Shown: positions 30,376-38,111 of the stretch, one piece after another
Layout: each line of letters begins with the position of its first letter
How positions within the stretch are numbered: position 1 is the stretch's first letter
Source of the DNA: a virus
Lineage: Duplodnaviria; Caudoviricetes
IMG/VR virus record: IMGVR_UViG_3300009168_000009
Coordinates: 227 to 64,226 of that record
Direction: 5' to 3' (one strand)
Length of the DNA stretch: 64,000 nucleotides
Notes under the pieces: generated by a model
What the model was told of the DNA's origin: nothing
Seen by the model: only the letters and a program-made list of their open reading frames with translations
Databases searched by the model: none
Position numbers and translations under genes: made by a program

Positions 30376-30826
30376 CTTTGATGGCCTCGCCTTCGATGAT
30401 CGGCCCATTCGCCAGTCGATCGAGCGCCGCCATGATCTTTTCCGTTGCGCTGGCTTGCTCTGGCATCGCTTCGTGCAGCGCGTTCTCGCCGCGCGGCTGC
30501 ACGTCCAGGCCGAGGAACTTGGCCCGTCGATCCATGAAGCGCACGCACAGCGAGGCGGCTTCGTGATCCCCGTTGCGGGCCTTCTGATAGAAAATCTGGT
30601 TGAGATCATCGAGCCGGGCGAGATCGAGGGCGAGCGTGCGGCTGCGCAGTGTCGGATTGATCCCGCCAGCGGTGCGGCTGAGCGCGCGATCGACTTCCTG
30701 CGGCTCGACTTGCAACGTCTCGGCGATCTGCCAGTCCGGCACGCCGTTCAACCGCAGCCGCAGAATCTTCCGGTCTTGCTCGAATTTCTGCGTCACGTCC
30801 TGATATGAAACAACTTCCGCGCTCAT
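30368..30826 (-). CDS. terS: terminase small subunit
   Basis: N-terminal HTH (LR..G....IAE.L), RRAK.LGLD motif, overlaps terL start. Confidence 0.8.
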   Translation of the reverse strand: MSAEVVSYQDVTQKFEQDRKILRLRLNGVPDWQIAETLQVEPQEVDRALSRTAGGINPTLRSRTLALDLARLDDLNQIFYQKARNGDHEAASLCVRFMDRRAKFLGLDVQPRGENALHEAMPEQASATEKIMAALDRLANGPIIEGEAIKDA

Positions 30827-30827
30827 T

Positions 30828-31607
30828 GTGTTGTCCCCGCCGGAGGATCAGGCCGTGCTGCTCGTGACGGATAATGCCGCCGTACCGGAAAAGGTGCAAT
30901 GGCGCGGCCTGGAGTCGGTTCGACTCCCGCCGGCAACGCCGCGTCTTGGCCGCGAGCTGCTGGCGCGGACGCTGATCGAGGCGTACCGCGAGGGCGTGGA
31001 GCTGCGCCACGTGGCTGCCCTGGCCTGGAGCCGGGGCGCGGCCGTCGCCCTGTCCACGACGATCGGCGGGCTCCTGGCCGTGGAGCAGGGCTACGATCCG
31101 GACGAAATGACGCTGGAGGACTTCGATCGCGACGTGATCACCGGCACGATCGGCGCCGCCTGCTATGACCGCAACGACGATCCGCGTGAGCCGATCACCC
31201 ACAGCGAGCTGGACGATCTGGCCGAGGAATATCTGGCCATGGTCGCCAAGGCGTCCGAGCTCAGCGACACGCCCGAGGATCAGAAGTTCCTGCGCCAGAC
31301 CCGCAAGCGGATCAACGCGGCGATCAGCCTGATCGTGCGCGCGCCGCTGTTCGATCGGTCGATATTCGAGGAATGGGCGCTGGTGAAGGCGCCGGACTAT
31401 TCCATGCTCGCCCTGATCGCCGAGCAATATGCCGACTACAAGCGCGCGCTGGACGTGGCAGACATCGCCGACATTCTGGCGACGCCGGTGCGGCCGGTCG
31501 AGGACTGCGCCCTGGCGCTGATCGATCAGGCCGGGATCATCCCGCCGCTGGGCTATCGCACGCTGCGCCGGCTCCTGCCGCGCGCCAGCTTCGTGCTCAA
31601 CGGCTGA
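30828..31607 (+). CDS. hypothetical protein with degenerate UvrD/Rep-like segment
   Basis: Phage-like codon pattern; QYADYKRALDVADIADIL..LIDQAG..PL..R.L.RL echoes SF1A motif Id-II. Confidence 0.6.
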   Translation: MLSPPEDQAVLLVTDNAAVPEKVQWRGLESVRLPPATPRLGRELLARTLIEAYREGVELRHVAALAWSRGAAVALSTTIGGLLAVEQGYDPDEMTLEDFDRDVITGTIGAACYDRNDDPREPITHSELDDLAEEYLAMVAKASELSDTPEDQKFLRQTRKRINAAISLIVRAPLFDRSIFEEWALVKAPDYSMLALIAEQYADYKRALDVADIADILATPVRPVEDCALALIDQAGIIPPLGYRTLRRLLPRASFVLNG

Positions 31608-31802
31608 TCACTTGCAGCTCGGCAGCGACGGATAACGTGCGCAGACCTTGGCGCGGACTCGGGCCTTCTGCGATGGCGTCCCGTGTTGCGACACTCTGGC
31701 CAGCGCGTTGGCCGCATGCTTGCGATCGTGGATCGGATAGGCGCGCTTGCCGGGGATCGCGAAGGATGACTTGCGCAGGCTGTTGCGCTTCGATGCTCTC
31801 AT
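31608..31802 (-). CDS. small basic protein (SFA.P..R.YPI.D..HA.NALAR family)
   Basis: GGAGGAAGG SD; motif recalled from phage head-region proteins. Confidence 0.75.
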   Translation of the reverse strand: MRASKRNSLRKSSFAIPGKRAYPIHDRKHAANALARVSQHGTPSQKARVRAKVCARYPSLPSCK

Positions 31803-31942
31803 GATCCTTCCTCCTGCAGTGGCCCGTGGCGTCGGGAAAAGGAATTAAACCGGCACCACGGGCGGCCGTTGTTATTGCGGACACCGACGGCTGGTCCGGT
31901 CGAAGCTGAGGACAGCCGCAAAGCCAGCCCGACCGCCGCAGC

Positions 31943-32155
31943 TTAACAGTCGTCGTCGTCGTCGTCGCCTTCGGCAAAGTCCGGCGGCTCGTCCTCGATC
32001 TTGAGCGCGCCGGCTGCGAGCAGCTGCTTGATCTGATCCGTCGCCGTGTCCGCGAGATAGGCCGCAGTTTCGCCAGCCGGAATCTTGAGCGTGCCGCCCT
32101 GGCCGTCCTCGATCTCCAACTCGCTGCCGCTGGTATTCGTAAGCAGTACCGACAT
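31943..32155 (-). CDS. small acidic protein
   Basis: GGGAG SD; poly-Asp C-terminus. Confidence 0.65.
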   Translation of the reverse strand: MSVLLTNTSGSELEIEDGQGGTLKIPAGETAAYLADTATDQIKQLLAAGALKIEDEPPDFAEGDDDDDDC

Positions 32156-32286
32156 GGCCTGCACTCCCGTTTCCCTGATCCTGCGCCCCTGGAGCGCGGG
32201 GGATCAAGTCATGCACGAACGTGCAAATCCTGGACTTTTCGGACGAAAAATCGGGCAAGTCATTGATATTGCAGGCAGAATGTGCC

Positions 32287-32315
32287 TTGCAAGTCGCAAA
32301 ATGCGACATTATAAT
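32287..32315 (+). promoter_or_regulatory. sigma70-type promoter with palindromic operator filling the spacer
   Basis: TTGCAA-N17-TATAAT; the spacer contains GTCGCA-AAA-TGCGAC. Confidence 0.85.
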
Positions 32316-32607
32316 AGAGGCTCTATTGGGAGTGACTGTTTAGACGACGTTCTGCACTCCCCCGCTGTTTGAAAATTCGATCGCCCTGGATCACGTGTCC
32401 ACAACGGCCCAGGCTTTACCCGCTGATCGATCCATAGTCGTCCTAAGTCGCAAGCGCAGAAGTCGCTCGCGTCCCGCAGTGATTGCGCGACGCAGCGAGG
32501 CAATCGGCATTGCCCATCTGGCCTATCGGAATTTCGCCCCGGCCATTCGAGGATTGAGCCCGACGCTTGCAGATGTGAGGAAGACCGAAAACGACTCCAT
32601 GACAGTG

Positions 32608-32720
32608 TGACAATACTTAGGGCGGCGAACGCGACTCACGTTGCGCGCGCCGCCTCAGAGTGTTGCTGACGCAGCACTCGTCGCCTTGCAGCGACGTTTC
32701 TCGAAATGGAGTCACAACCA
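32608..32720 (+). repeat. structured leader motif copy A
   Basis: GC hairpin, AGTGTTGC/GCAGCACT hairpin, CGTCGC-CTTGCA-GCGACG, GGAGTCAC-N5-ATG. Confidence 0.85.
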
Positions 32721-32906
32721 ATGGAAGTCAACACCCGAGAATTTGAATTCTCGCACGGCAAGAAACCCCGAGGCTCCGGCTTCTGGATTTTCTTTTTCGA
32801 CAATGCGCGCACGTTCACGTTCGCCGGCAAATACGGCGATGCCGTTCGTGCCGCAAAGATCGAGGCCCGCCAGCAAGAAGTTTACGAGATCAAGGTGGGG
32901 CCGTGA
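32721..32906 (+). CDS. hypothetical early protein
   Basis: ATG after motif A; F.FSHGKKPRG.G.W.F motif. Confidence 0.75.
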   Translation: MEVNTREFEFSHGKKPRGSGFWIFFFDNARTFTFAGKYGDAVRAAKIEARQQEVYEIKVGP

Positions 32907-32908
32907 TC

Positions 32909-33112
32909 ATGAGCACATCGATCGATCACATCAAACTGGCCGACGGCGCGCGCGTGCGCTGCGGCCTGATCGTTCACCGCGCGGATGATCCGTTCCACTT
33001 GGGACGGATCGAAGCCGTGCACGGCAACATGAAGCTGACAGTAAAGTGGGAAAACGGATGGCTTGAACTTGGATGCGAGCCGGACGAATTCGCACGCTGG
33101 AGCGGGGAGTGA
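32909..33112 (+). CDS. hypothetical early protein (SH3-like)
   Basis: ORF coupled to previous gene. Confidence 0.6.
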   Translation: MSTSIDHIKLADGARVRCGLIVHRADDPFHLGRIEAVHGNMKLTVKWENGWLELGCEPDEFARWSGE

Positions 33113-33117
33113 TCAGA

Positions 33118-33207
33118 ATGCTCGCCGTTTACATCACTGCAACGATCCTGGCCGTGCCGGCCGGAATATGGATCGGACTTAAACTTGCCGATCTGACTTA
33201 CCGATGA
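33118..33207 (+). CDS. 29-aa hydrophobic peptide
   Basis: GGGGAG SD; MLAVYITATILAVPAGIWIGLKLADLTYR*; its stop is the start of motif B. Confidence 0.55.
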   Translation: MLAVYITATILAVPAGIWIGLKLADLTYR

Positions 33208-33303
33208 TCACTAAGGACGGCGCCGCGTGCGCCGTCTCATAGTGTTCAATCGAACACTACGCTGCCTTGCATGCAGCGTTTCTCGAAACATGAGTCACAC
33301 ATC
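33205..33303 (+). repeat. structured leader motif copy B
   Basis: TGATCACTA..GACGGCGC/GCGCCGTC..AGTGTTC/GAACACT..CGCTGC-CTTGCAT-GCAGCG..GAGTCAC. Confidence 0.9.
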
Positions 33304-34329
33304 ATGACAACTACCCAAGCGTCTAACCAGTCCGGCGTGACAATCGCGAAGGCAGCTGAGCTGCTGGAGGATTACACCGAAGCTGGCGACAACGTTTTCC
33401 TCTGGGGCGCTCCCGGTATCGGCAAAACCGACATCGCGCACCAACTCGCAGCGCGCAAGAAGCGGCGCCTGATCGAGTTTCACGCAGCGTTGCGTGAACC
33501 AGTGGACTTGCGCGGCATTCCTGCGGCCGATCATAAGACGATGACCACGAAGTGGTTCACGCCGGATGAATTGCCGCAAGCCAAGCGCGATGGCGAGGAA
33601 GGCTACTTGTTCCTCGACGAATTCAATCAAGCCAGCCCGCAGATGCAGGCCGTGCTGGCAGGATTGGTGCTGTACGGAAACATTGGCGACTATCGTCTCC
33701 CGAAAGGCTGGCGATGCATCGCTGCAGGAAACAGCGTTTCCGACCGTGCAGCCGCGCAACGAATGCCGACGCATATGCGAAACCGTTTCGCGCACGTTTA
33801 CTGCGTGCCGGACGTGATCGCGTGGACGAATTGGGCGACCGCCAACGGCGTCGAGCCGGAAATGATCGCCTTCATTCGTTTGCGACGTGAGCTGATCCAC
33901 CGCATGCCGCGCGGTGACGAGAATGCATTTCCCACGCCGAGGTCGCTGACCAAAGCCGCGAAATACATTCACCATCCGGACGATCGCCGCTTGCGATTGT
34001 TCGCGGGATTGATCGGGGATGACGTTGCAGCCGAGTTGAACGGCTTCATCCGCCTCTATCACTCGCTGGGAAGCCTGGAAGATATCGTCGCCAATCCTGA
34101 TCGTGCGCCGATACCGACGCAAGCCTCCGAACGCTGGGCCGTCTGCACTGGCCTTGCCCGTCTCGCGGATCGCAAAAACTTTCCGCAGATCATGAAGTAT
34201 GCCGCGCGCCTCGACGGGGAGCCGGCCACGTTGCTTGTTCATGACGCAACGATGATCAAGCCGGAGCTGAAACAAACGTCTGCCTATTCAAAGTGGGCAG
34301 TCGAGCATGCCGACTTGATCCTGCAGTGA
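33304..34329 (+). CDS. MoxR-like AAA+ ATPase
   Basis: Walker A GAPGIGKT, D..G.P, Walker B LFLDE, AAGN, RNRF, TPRS. Confidence 0.92.
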   Translation: MTTTQASNQSGVTIAKAAELLEDYTEAGDNVFLWGAPGIGKTDIAHQLAARKKRRLIEFHAALREPVDLRGIPAADHKTMTTKWFTPDELPQAKRDGEEGYLFLDEFNQASPQMQAVLAGLVLYGNIGDYRLPKGWRCIAAGNSVSDRAAAQRMPTHMRNRFAHVYCVPDVIAWTNWATANGVEPEMIAFIRLRRELIHRMPRGDENAFPTPRSLTKAAKYIHHPDDRRLRLFAGLIGDDVAAELNGFIRLYHSLGSLEDIVANPDRAPIPTQASERWAVCTGLARLADRKNFPQIMKYAARLDGEPATLLVHDATMIKPELKQTSAYSKWAVEHADLILQ

Positions 34330-34426
34330 TCACTAAGGACGGCCCCACGCGGGGCCGTCTCATAGTGTTCATGACGAACACTCCCGCCCTTGCAGCGGGA
34401 TCATCTGCAAAATGGAGTCACACATC
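34327..34426 (+). repeat. structured leader motif copy C
   Basis: Same three hairpins with different but complementary stems; GGAGTCAC. Confidence 0.9.
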
Positions 34427-35518
34427 ATGCCTACCAAGACCACAGGCGCGGCGAAACGCAACGCAAAGGGGCTTCCCCCGATCGTCGCGAAAAAGTCGAA
34501 GGCCAAGGCGCACACTTCCAAGGCTGCACCGCTGGCGATCGTGAAGGCTGACAAGCCCGCACCGAAGCCCGTCGCGCCGCCCGCGCCGAAGCCCGCTCCC
34601 GTGATCACTAAGACAGTCGTCGCCACGCCGCTCTCGCGGAAGGCCACGCTTGTCGCCGTAGTGATCTCGCAATGGACAGCCCGCAAGCTGGACAAGAAAG
34701 TGACCGATGAAGTCAATCGTTCACATGGAGCTGCAGCCGACGCCGGACGATTCAACAAGTTGCTGATCGAGGCCGCGCGCCTCGAAAAGCTCGGATCGCT
34801 CGTGTCGCAAGCCCGCCACGCACATTATCGCTACACGAAGCCGTGGTGCGATGAAGGAATGAGAATCCTGCCGAACGCTCTGCATCAAAAGTTTGCCGAG
34901 GAGTTTCGCAGGATCAAACGGGAATTCCATATCGCGGCCGATGAATTCTGCCGCGACTACCCGTCATTCGTGGCTGAACGCAAGAAGGCGTTGAATGGAT
35001 TGTTCAACGCTGCCGACTATCCGGACGCAAAGGAAATTCGTGCCAAGTTTCAACTCGACACGAAAACATTCCCCGTGCCGGACGCTGGCGACTTCCGCAG
35101 CGACGTGCTCGATCATGACACGATCGAGGACATCAAGCGGGAGCTGGCCGAGACGAACGAACAAGTGCTGGCCGACGCCACCCGCCACTCGATCGATCAG
35201 ATCACGCGGATCGTTGGCCACATGTCGGAAAAGCTGTCGGAATACAAGCCGGGAGCGCCCGTCAAGAAAGGCAAGGGCGGCAAGCCGAAGAAAACATTCT
35301 TCACCGACTCGCTCGTGGAAAACGTCCGCGAGCTGGCCGACTTGTTGCCTGCGTTCAATCTGACGAATGATCCGAAGATGGATCACATCGCCAGTCGCAT
35401 CAAAAAAGAGTTGTGCACCGAGGATGCCGCGGAATTGCGAGTGAGCGAACGTGCTCGCGATGCCGTGCAGAAGTCGGCAGACGACATTCTTAAAGATGTG
35501 AACAAGTTGCTCGGCTAA
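34427..35518 (+). CDS. helical protein typically found with phage AAA/VWA pairs (DUF3150-like)
   Basis: ISQWTARKLD, T.PW...G.R.LP, LFN..DYP....R.KF, L..FNLT.DP motifs; Lys/Pro-rich N-terminal tail. Confidence 0.7.
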   Translation: MPTKTTGAAKRNAKGLPPIVAKKSKAKAHTSKAAPLAIVKADKPAPKPVAPPAPKPAPVITKTVVATPLSRKATLVAVVISQWTARKLDKKVTDEVNRSHGAAADAGRFNKLLIEAARLEKLGSLVSQARHAHYRYTKPWCDEGMRILPNALHQKFAEEFRRIKREFHIAADEFCRDYPSFVAERKKALNGLFNAADYPDAKEIRAKFQLDTKTFPVPDAGDFRSDVLDHDTIEDIKRELAETNEQVLADATRHSIDQITRIVGHMSEKLSEYKPGAPVKKGKGGKPKKTFFTDSLVENVRELADLLPAFNLTNDPKMDHIASRIKKELCTEDAAELRVSERARDAVQKSADDILKDVNKLLG

Positions 35519-35523
35519 GACGA

Positions 35524-35622
35524 GCTGCAGCGTGATCAGCGACTCGAATCGAGTCGCTGATTGCAGTGGAGCTAGTCCACTCCCCGCCTTGCAGCGGGGC
35601 CTTTCCAAAATGGAGTCACATC
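35524..35622 (+). repeat. structured leader motif copy D (most divergent)
   Basis: ATCAGCGACTCG/CGAGTCGCTGAT, AGTGGA/TCCACT, CCCCGC-CTTGCA-GCGGGG, GGAGTCAC. Confidence 0.85.
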
Positions 35623-37071
35623 ATGGAAACCAAAACCGACAAGGTTGCCGGCGATCGTGTCCGCAAGGCGCGCGCCGAGTTGATCTTGTCGCAAGTGTTC
35701 TACAGCGTGCTCGTTTCAAACGTTGATCCGAAGCCGTCGCGGGCGATCCCCACGATGGCAACGGATGGCCGGAACCACTTCTATAATCCGGACTTCATTG
35801 CGAAGCTGAATCAAACGCAGCTGCTCGCAGTGCAGGCGCACGAAAGCGAACACGATGCCCGTCGCCATCACAGCCGACGCAATGGCCGTGATCCTGCGAA
35901 GTGGAACGAAGCCTGCGACTACGCAATCAACGTTGATCTCGTGGACGCCGGCTTCCAGCTTCCAGATTGGGTGCTCCTCGATCCGAAATATCGCGGCATG
36001 TCTGCCGAGGATATCTATCGGACACGGGAGCTGGATCAGCAGAAGGAGGAGGAGGCCAAGAAGCCACCGCCCCCGGATGACGATCAAGACGAGCCCGAGG
36101 ACGGCGAGGACGATCAGGAGCAAGACGATCAGTCGGAGGATGACAGCGACACCGGCGACGGTGACGACGAATCCGAGGACGACGCCGAGGACGATGACGC
36201 CGACGAAGGCGACAGCGACCAGGGCGGTGATGATCAGTCCGAAGATGGCGCCGACGGCGACTCCGGAAACGGGGATGCCGAGGGCGAGGACGAAGCCGAC
36301 GGACAGGGCGAAGGCCAAGCCGAAGGCGACGGCCAGGATCGCCCCGGCAAGTCGAGTGGCGATCCTGGCGGGATGGGCGAAGTGCTCGATGCCGCGACGG
36401 ATGCAGCCGACATGGCCGCAGCCGATGCCCAATGGGAGACAATCTTCCGACAGGCCGCGTTCCTCGCCGAGAAGCGGGGCACGGCTCCTGGGCACGTTAC
36501 AAGAGAGATCAAGCGCGCGGACAATCCCCCGCAAGATTGGCGAGAGACGTTGCGCGCTTGGTTCGATCAGGGATCACTCAAAGTCGAAAGCTGGAACCGT
36601 CCGAACCGGCGCTTCGCCGGGGCGGGCATCTATCTTCCTGGCCAGAGGCGGGACGGGATCAACCGTGCCGTGTTCCTGATCGACACGAGCGGATCAATGG
36701 ACCCGATCGCGTTGGCCGCCATCAATAACGAAGCGCAAGCTGCGATGGACGATGGCGTGCTTGACGAAGTGATCGTGATCTATGGCGACGTTCGTGTGAC
36801 GCGCGTCGATACCTACCGCCAAGGCGATGAAATCGAATTCGATCCCCGAGGCGGGGGCGGCACTGATCTCAAGCCGCTGTTCAAACACGTTGCAGACGAG
36901 CTGGAAGATGTATCCTTGATCGTCTGCTTCACCGACATGGAAATTGGCGATCCTGGCCCCGAGCCCGCGTGCCCCGTGCTGTTCGCAGCAACGGGATATC
37001 CGGAATCGGTGCGACGATATCTCGCCAACGCTCCGTGGAATTCTCCCGGCATCGATGTCGGGACGCATTGA
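35623..37071 (+). CDS. metallopeptidase-like + VWA domain protein (DUF2201-type)
   Basis: TMATDG, HESEH, WN.A.D.AIN, acidic linker, MIDAS DTSGSM, GGGGTD, FTD. Confidence 0.9.
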   Translation: METKTDKVAGDRVRKARAELILSQVFYSVLVSNVDPKPSRAIPTMATDGRNHFYNPDFIAKLNQTQLLAVQAHESEHDARRHHSRRNGRDPAKWNEACDYAINVDLVDAGFQLPDWVLLDPKYRGMSAEDIYRTRELDQQKEEEAKKPPPPDDDQDEPEDGEDDQEQDDQSEDDSDTGDGDDESEDDAEDDDADEGDSDQGGDDQSEDGADGDSGNGDAEGEDEADGQGEGQAEGDGQDRPGKSSGDPGGMGEVLDAATDAADMAAADAQWETIFRQAAFLAEKRGTAPGHVTREIKRADNPPQDWRETLRAWFDQGSLKVESWNRPNRRFAGAGIYLPGQRRDGINRAVFLIDTSGSMDPIALAAINNEAQAAMDDGVLDEVIVIYGDVRVTRVDTYRQGDEIEFDPRGGGGTDLKPLFKHVADELEDVSLIVCFTDMEIGDPGPEPACPVLFAATGYPESVRRYLANAPWNSPGIDVGTH

Positions 37072-37162
37072 TCACTAAGGGCGGCCCTGCGGGGCCGCCT
37101 CGTAGTGTTCATTCCGAACACTCGCCCATCTTGCATGGGCGTTTCTCAGAAGGAGTCACGTC
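37069..37162 (+). repeat. structured leader motif copy E
   Basis: GGCGGCCC/GGGCCGCC, AGTGTTC/GAACACT, CGCCCA-TCTTGCA-TGGGCG, GGAGTCAC. Confidence 0.9.
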
Positions 37163-37339
37163 ATGGCTACGAAAGTTGGTCGCGCACGAGCGTTGCGAGC
37201 GTGGGAGACAATGCGCTCCCCGGTTTGGCAACGGCAGCGACGGAAGATTGAGAATCTGCGGCAAGCCCTCGCCGCAGCGCGTCGCGAGCTGATCACTGCA
37301 CTGTCCAATCTGGACAAAGTGATTAAGCAGTCATCATGA
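37163..37339 (+). CDS. 58-aa basic coiled-coil protein
   Basis: Manual translation MATKVGRARALRAWETMR..; ATG follows motif E. Confidence 0.65.
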   Translation: MATKVGRARALRAWETMRSPVWQRQRRKIENLRQALAAARRELITALSNLDKVIKQSS

Positions 37340-37518
37340 ACCGCAGCGACTTCTTTGATCAAGGCTACGAACAACACGCTTCCGCCCCCGACATGTTGAT
37401 GACGGAAGTCTGGCGTTTCGCTTGCATGTTCATCACGGATCAAGAGAACGCCCGCGCCTTCGTTGAGGGTTACACCGCCGCGCGCAAGCAGCGCGACGAA
37501 CGCAACGCAGAACAGTGA
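37336..37518 (+). CDS. hypothetical protein
   Basis: ATGA overlap; its stop begins motif F. Confidence 0.65.
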   Translation: MNRSDFFDQGYEQHASAPDMLMTEVWRFACMFITDQENARAFVEGYTAARKQRDERNAEQ

Positions 37519-37613
37519 TCACTGCAGGACGCCGCCGCTGTGCGGCGTCCGACAGTGTTCATGCCGAACACGCCCCGCCTTGCAGCGGGTTTTTCGAAAA
37601 AGGAGTCACAGTC
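37516..37613 (+). repeat. structured leader motif copy F
   Basis: 37514-37562 is identical to 38016-38064 (49 nt). Confidence 0.9.
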
Positions 37614-37862
37614 ATGTTACGAGTTTTGTTTGGCGTCATCCTCGCCAGCATCTTCGGCCGGTCAAGCGTATCGGTCGAAACGAACGTGCAAACGTTCACA
37701 GACGAGCTGCCGGACGACGAGCTGCCCGAGGATGTCGGCGAAGTCGCCGAGGACTACGACTTGCTCGATGTCGATCTTGCCGACGGCCTGATCGATGACG
37801 TGAGCGATTCGCTGTTCGATGATCTCGGCGGATCAGTCCTCGACTCATTCCTCGACTGCTGA
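37614..37862 (+). CDS. small protein with hydrophobic N-terminus and highly acidic body
   Basis: ATG after motif F; MLRVLFGVILASIFG..DELPDDELPEDV.. Confidence 0.65.
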   Translation: MLRVLFGVILASIFGRSSVSVETNVQTFTDELPDDELPEDVGEVAEDYDLLDVDLADGLIDDVSDSLFDDLGGSVLDSFLDC

Positions 37863-37873
37863 GGAGGCGAACG

Positions 37874-38020
37874 ATGGAATCATTATTGATGGGCATCCTC
37901 ATGATCGCAGTCGGCGTCGGAGTGTGCTGGCTGGGAAATGCCAAAGCCAGAAGACGACGGCGGCTGATCATAGAACGCTACGAAATTCTCCGAGAGCACG
38001 CCGCGCGGAAGCGCAAGTGA
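37874..38020 (+). CDS. 48-aa membrane-anchored basic peptide
   Basis: GAGGAGG SD; MESLLMGILMIAVGVGVCWLGNAKARRRRR.. Confidence 0.6.
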   Translation: MESLLMGILMIAVGVGVCWLGNAKARRRRRLIIERYEILREHAARKRK

Positions 38021-38111
38021 TCACTGCAGGACGCCGCCGCTGTGCGGCGTCCGACAGTGTTCATACCGAACACTCCCCGCCTTGCAGCGGGGCGATTGAA
38101 TGGAGTCACAC
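38018..38111 (+). repeat. structured leader motif copy G
   Basis: Same architecture; CCCCGC-CTTGCA-GCGGGG; GGAGTCAC. Confidence 0.9.

Noticed and set aside
33205-33303. Motif as hammerhead ribozyme or sigma54/sigma70 promoter
   Set aside because: There is no CUGANGA/GAAA core around a stem. TTGCA lacks GG at the -24 spacing and has no -10 box 17 bp downstream.
36060-36345. GACGAY-rich stretch as a DNA repeat element
   Set aside because: Explained by the acidic linker of the VWA protein.
32608-38111. Repeats as a CRISPR array or integron attC sites
   Set aside because: Spacers are whole genes of variable length. No cas genes or integron tyrosine integrase are present, and there are no RYYYAAC/GTTRRRY ends.
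33205-38111. Motif as a simple intrinsic terminator
   Set aside because: P3 is followed by only 0-5 T, inconsistently, and the loop and SD box are sequence-conserved. A canonical terminator exists separately at 38766.
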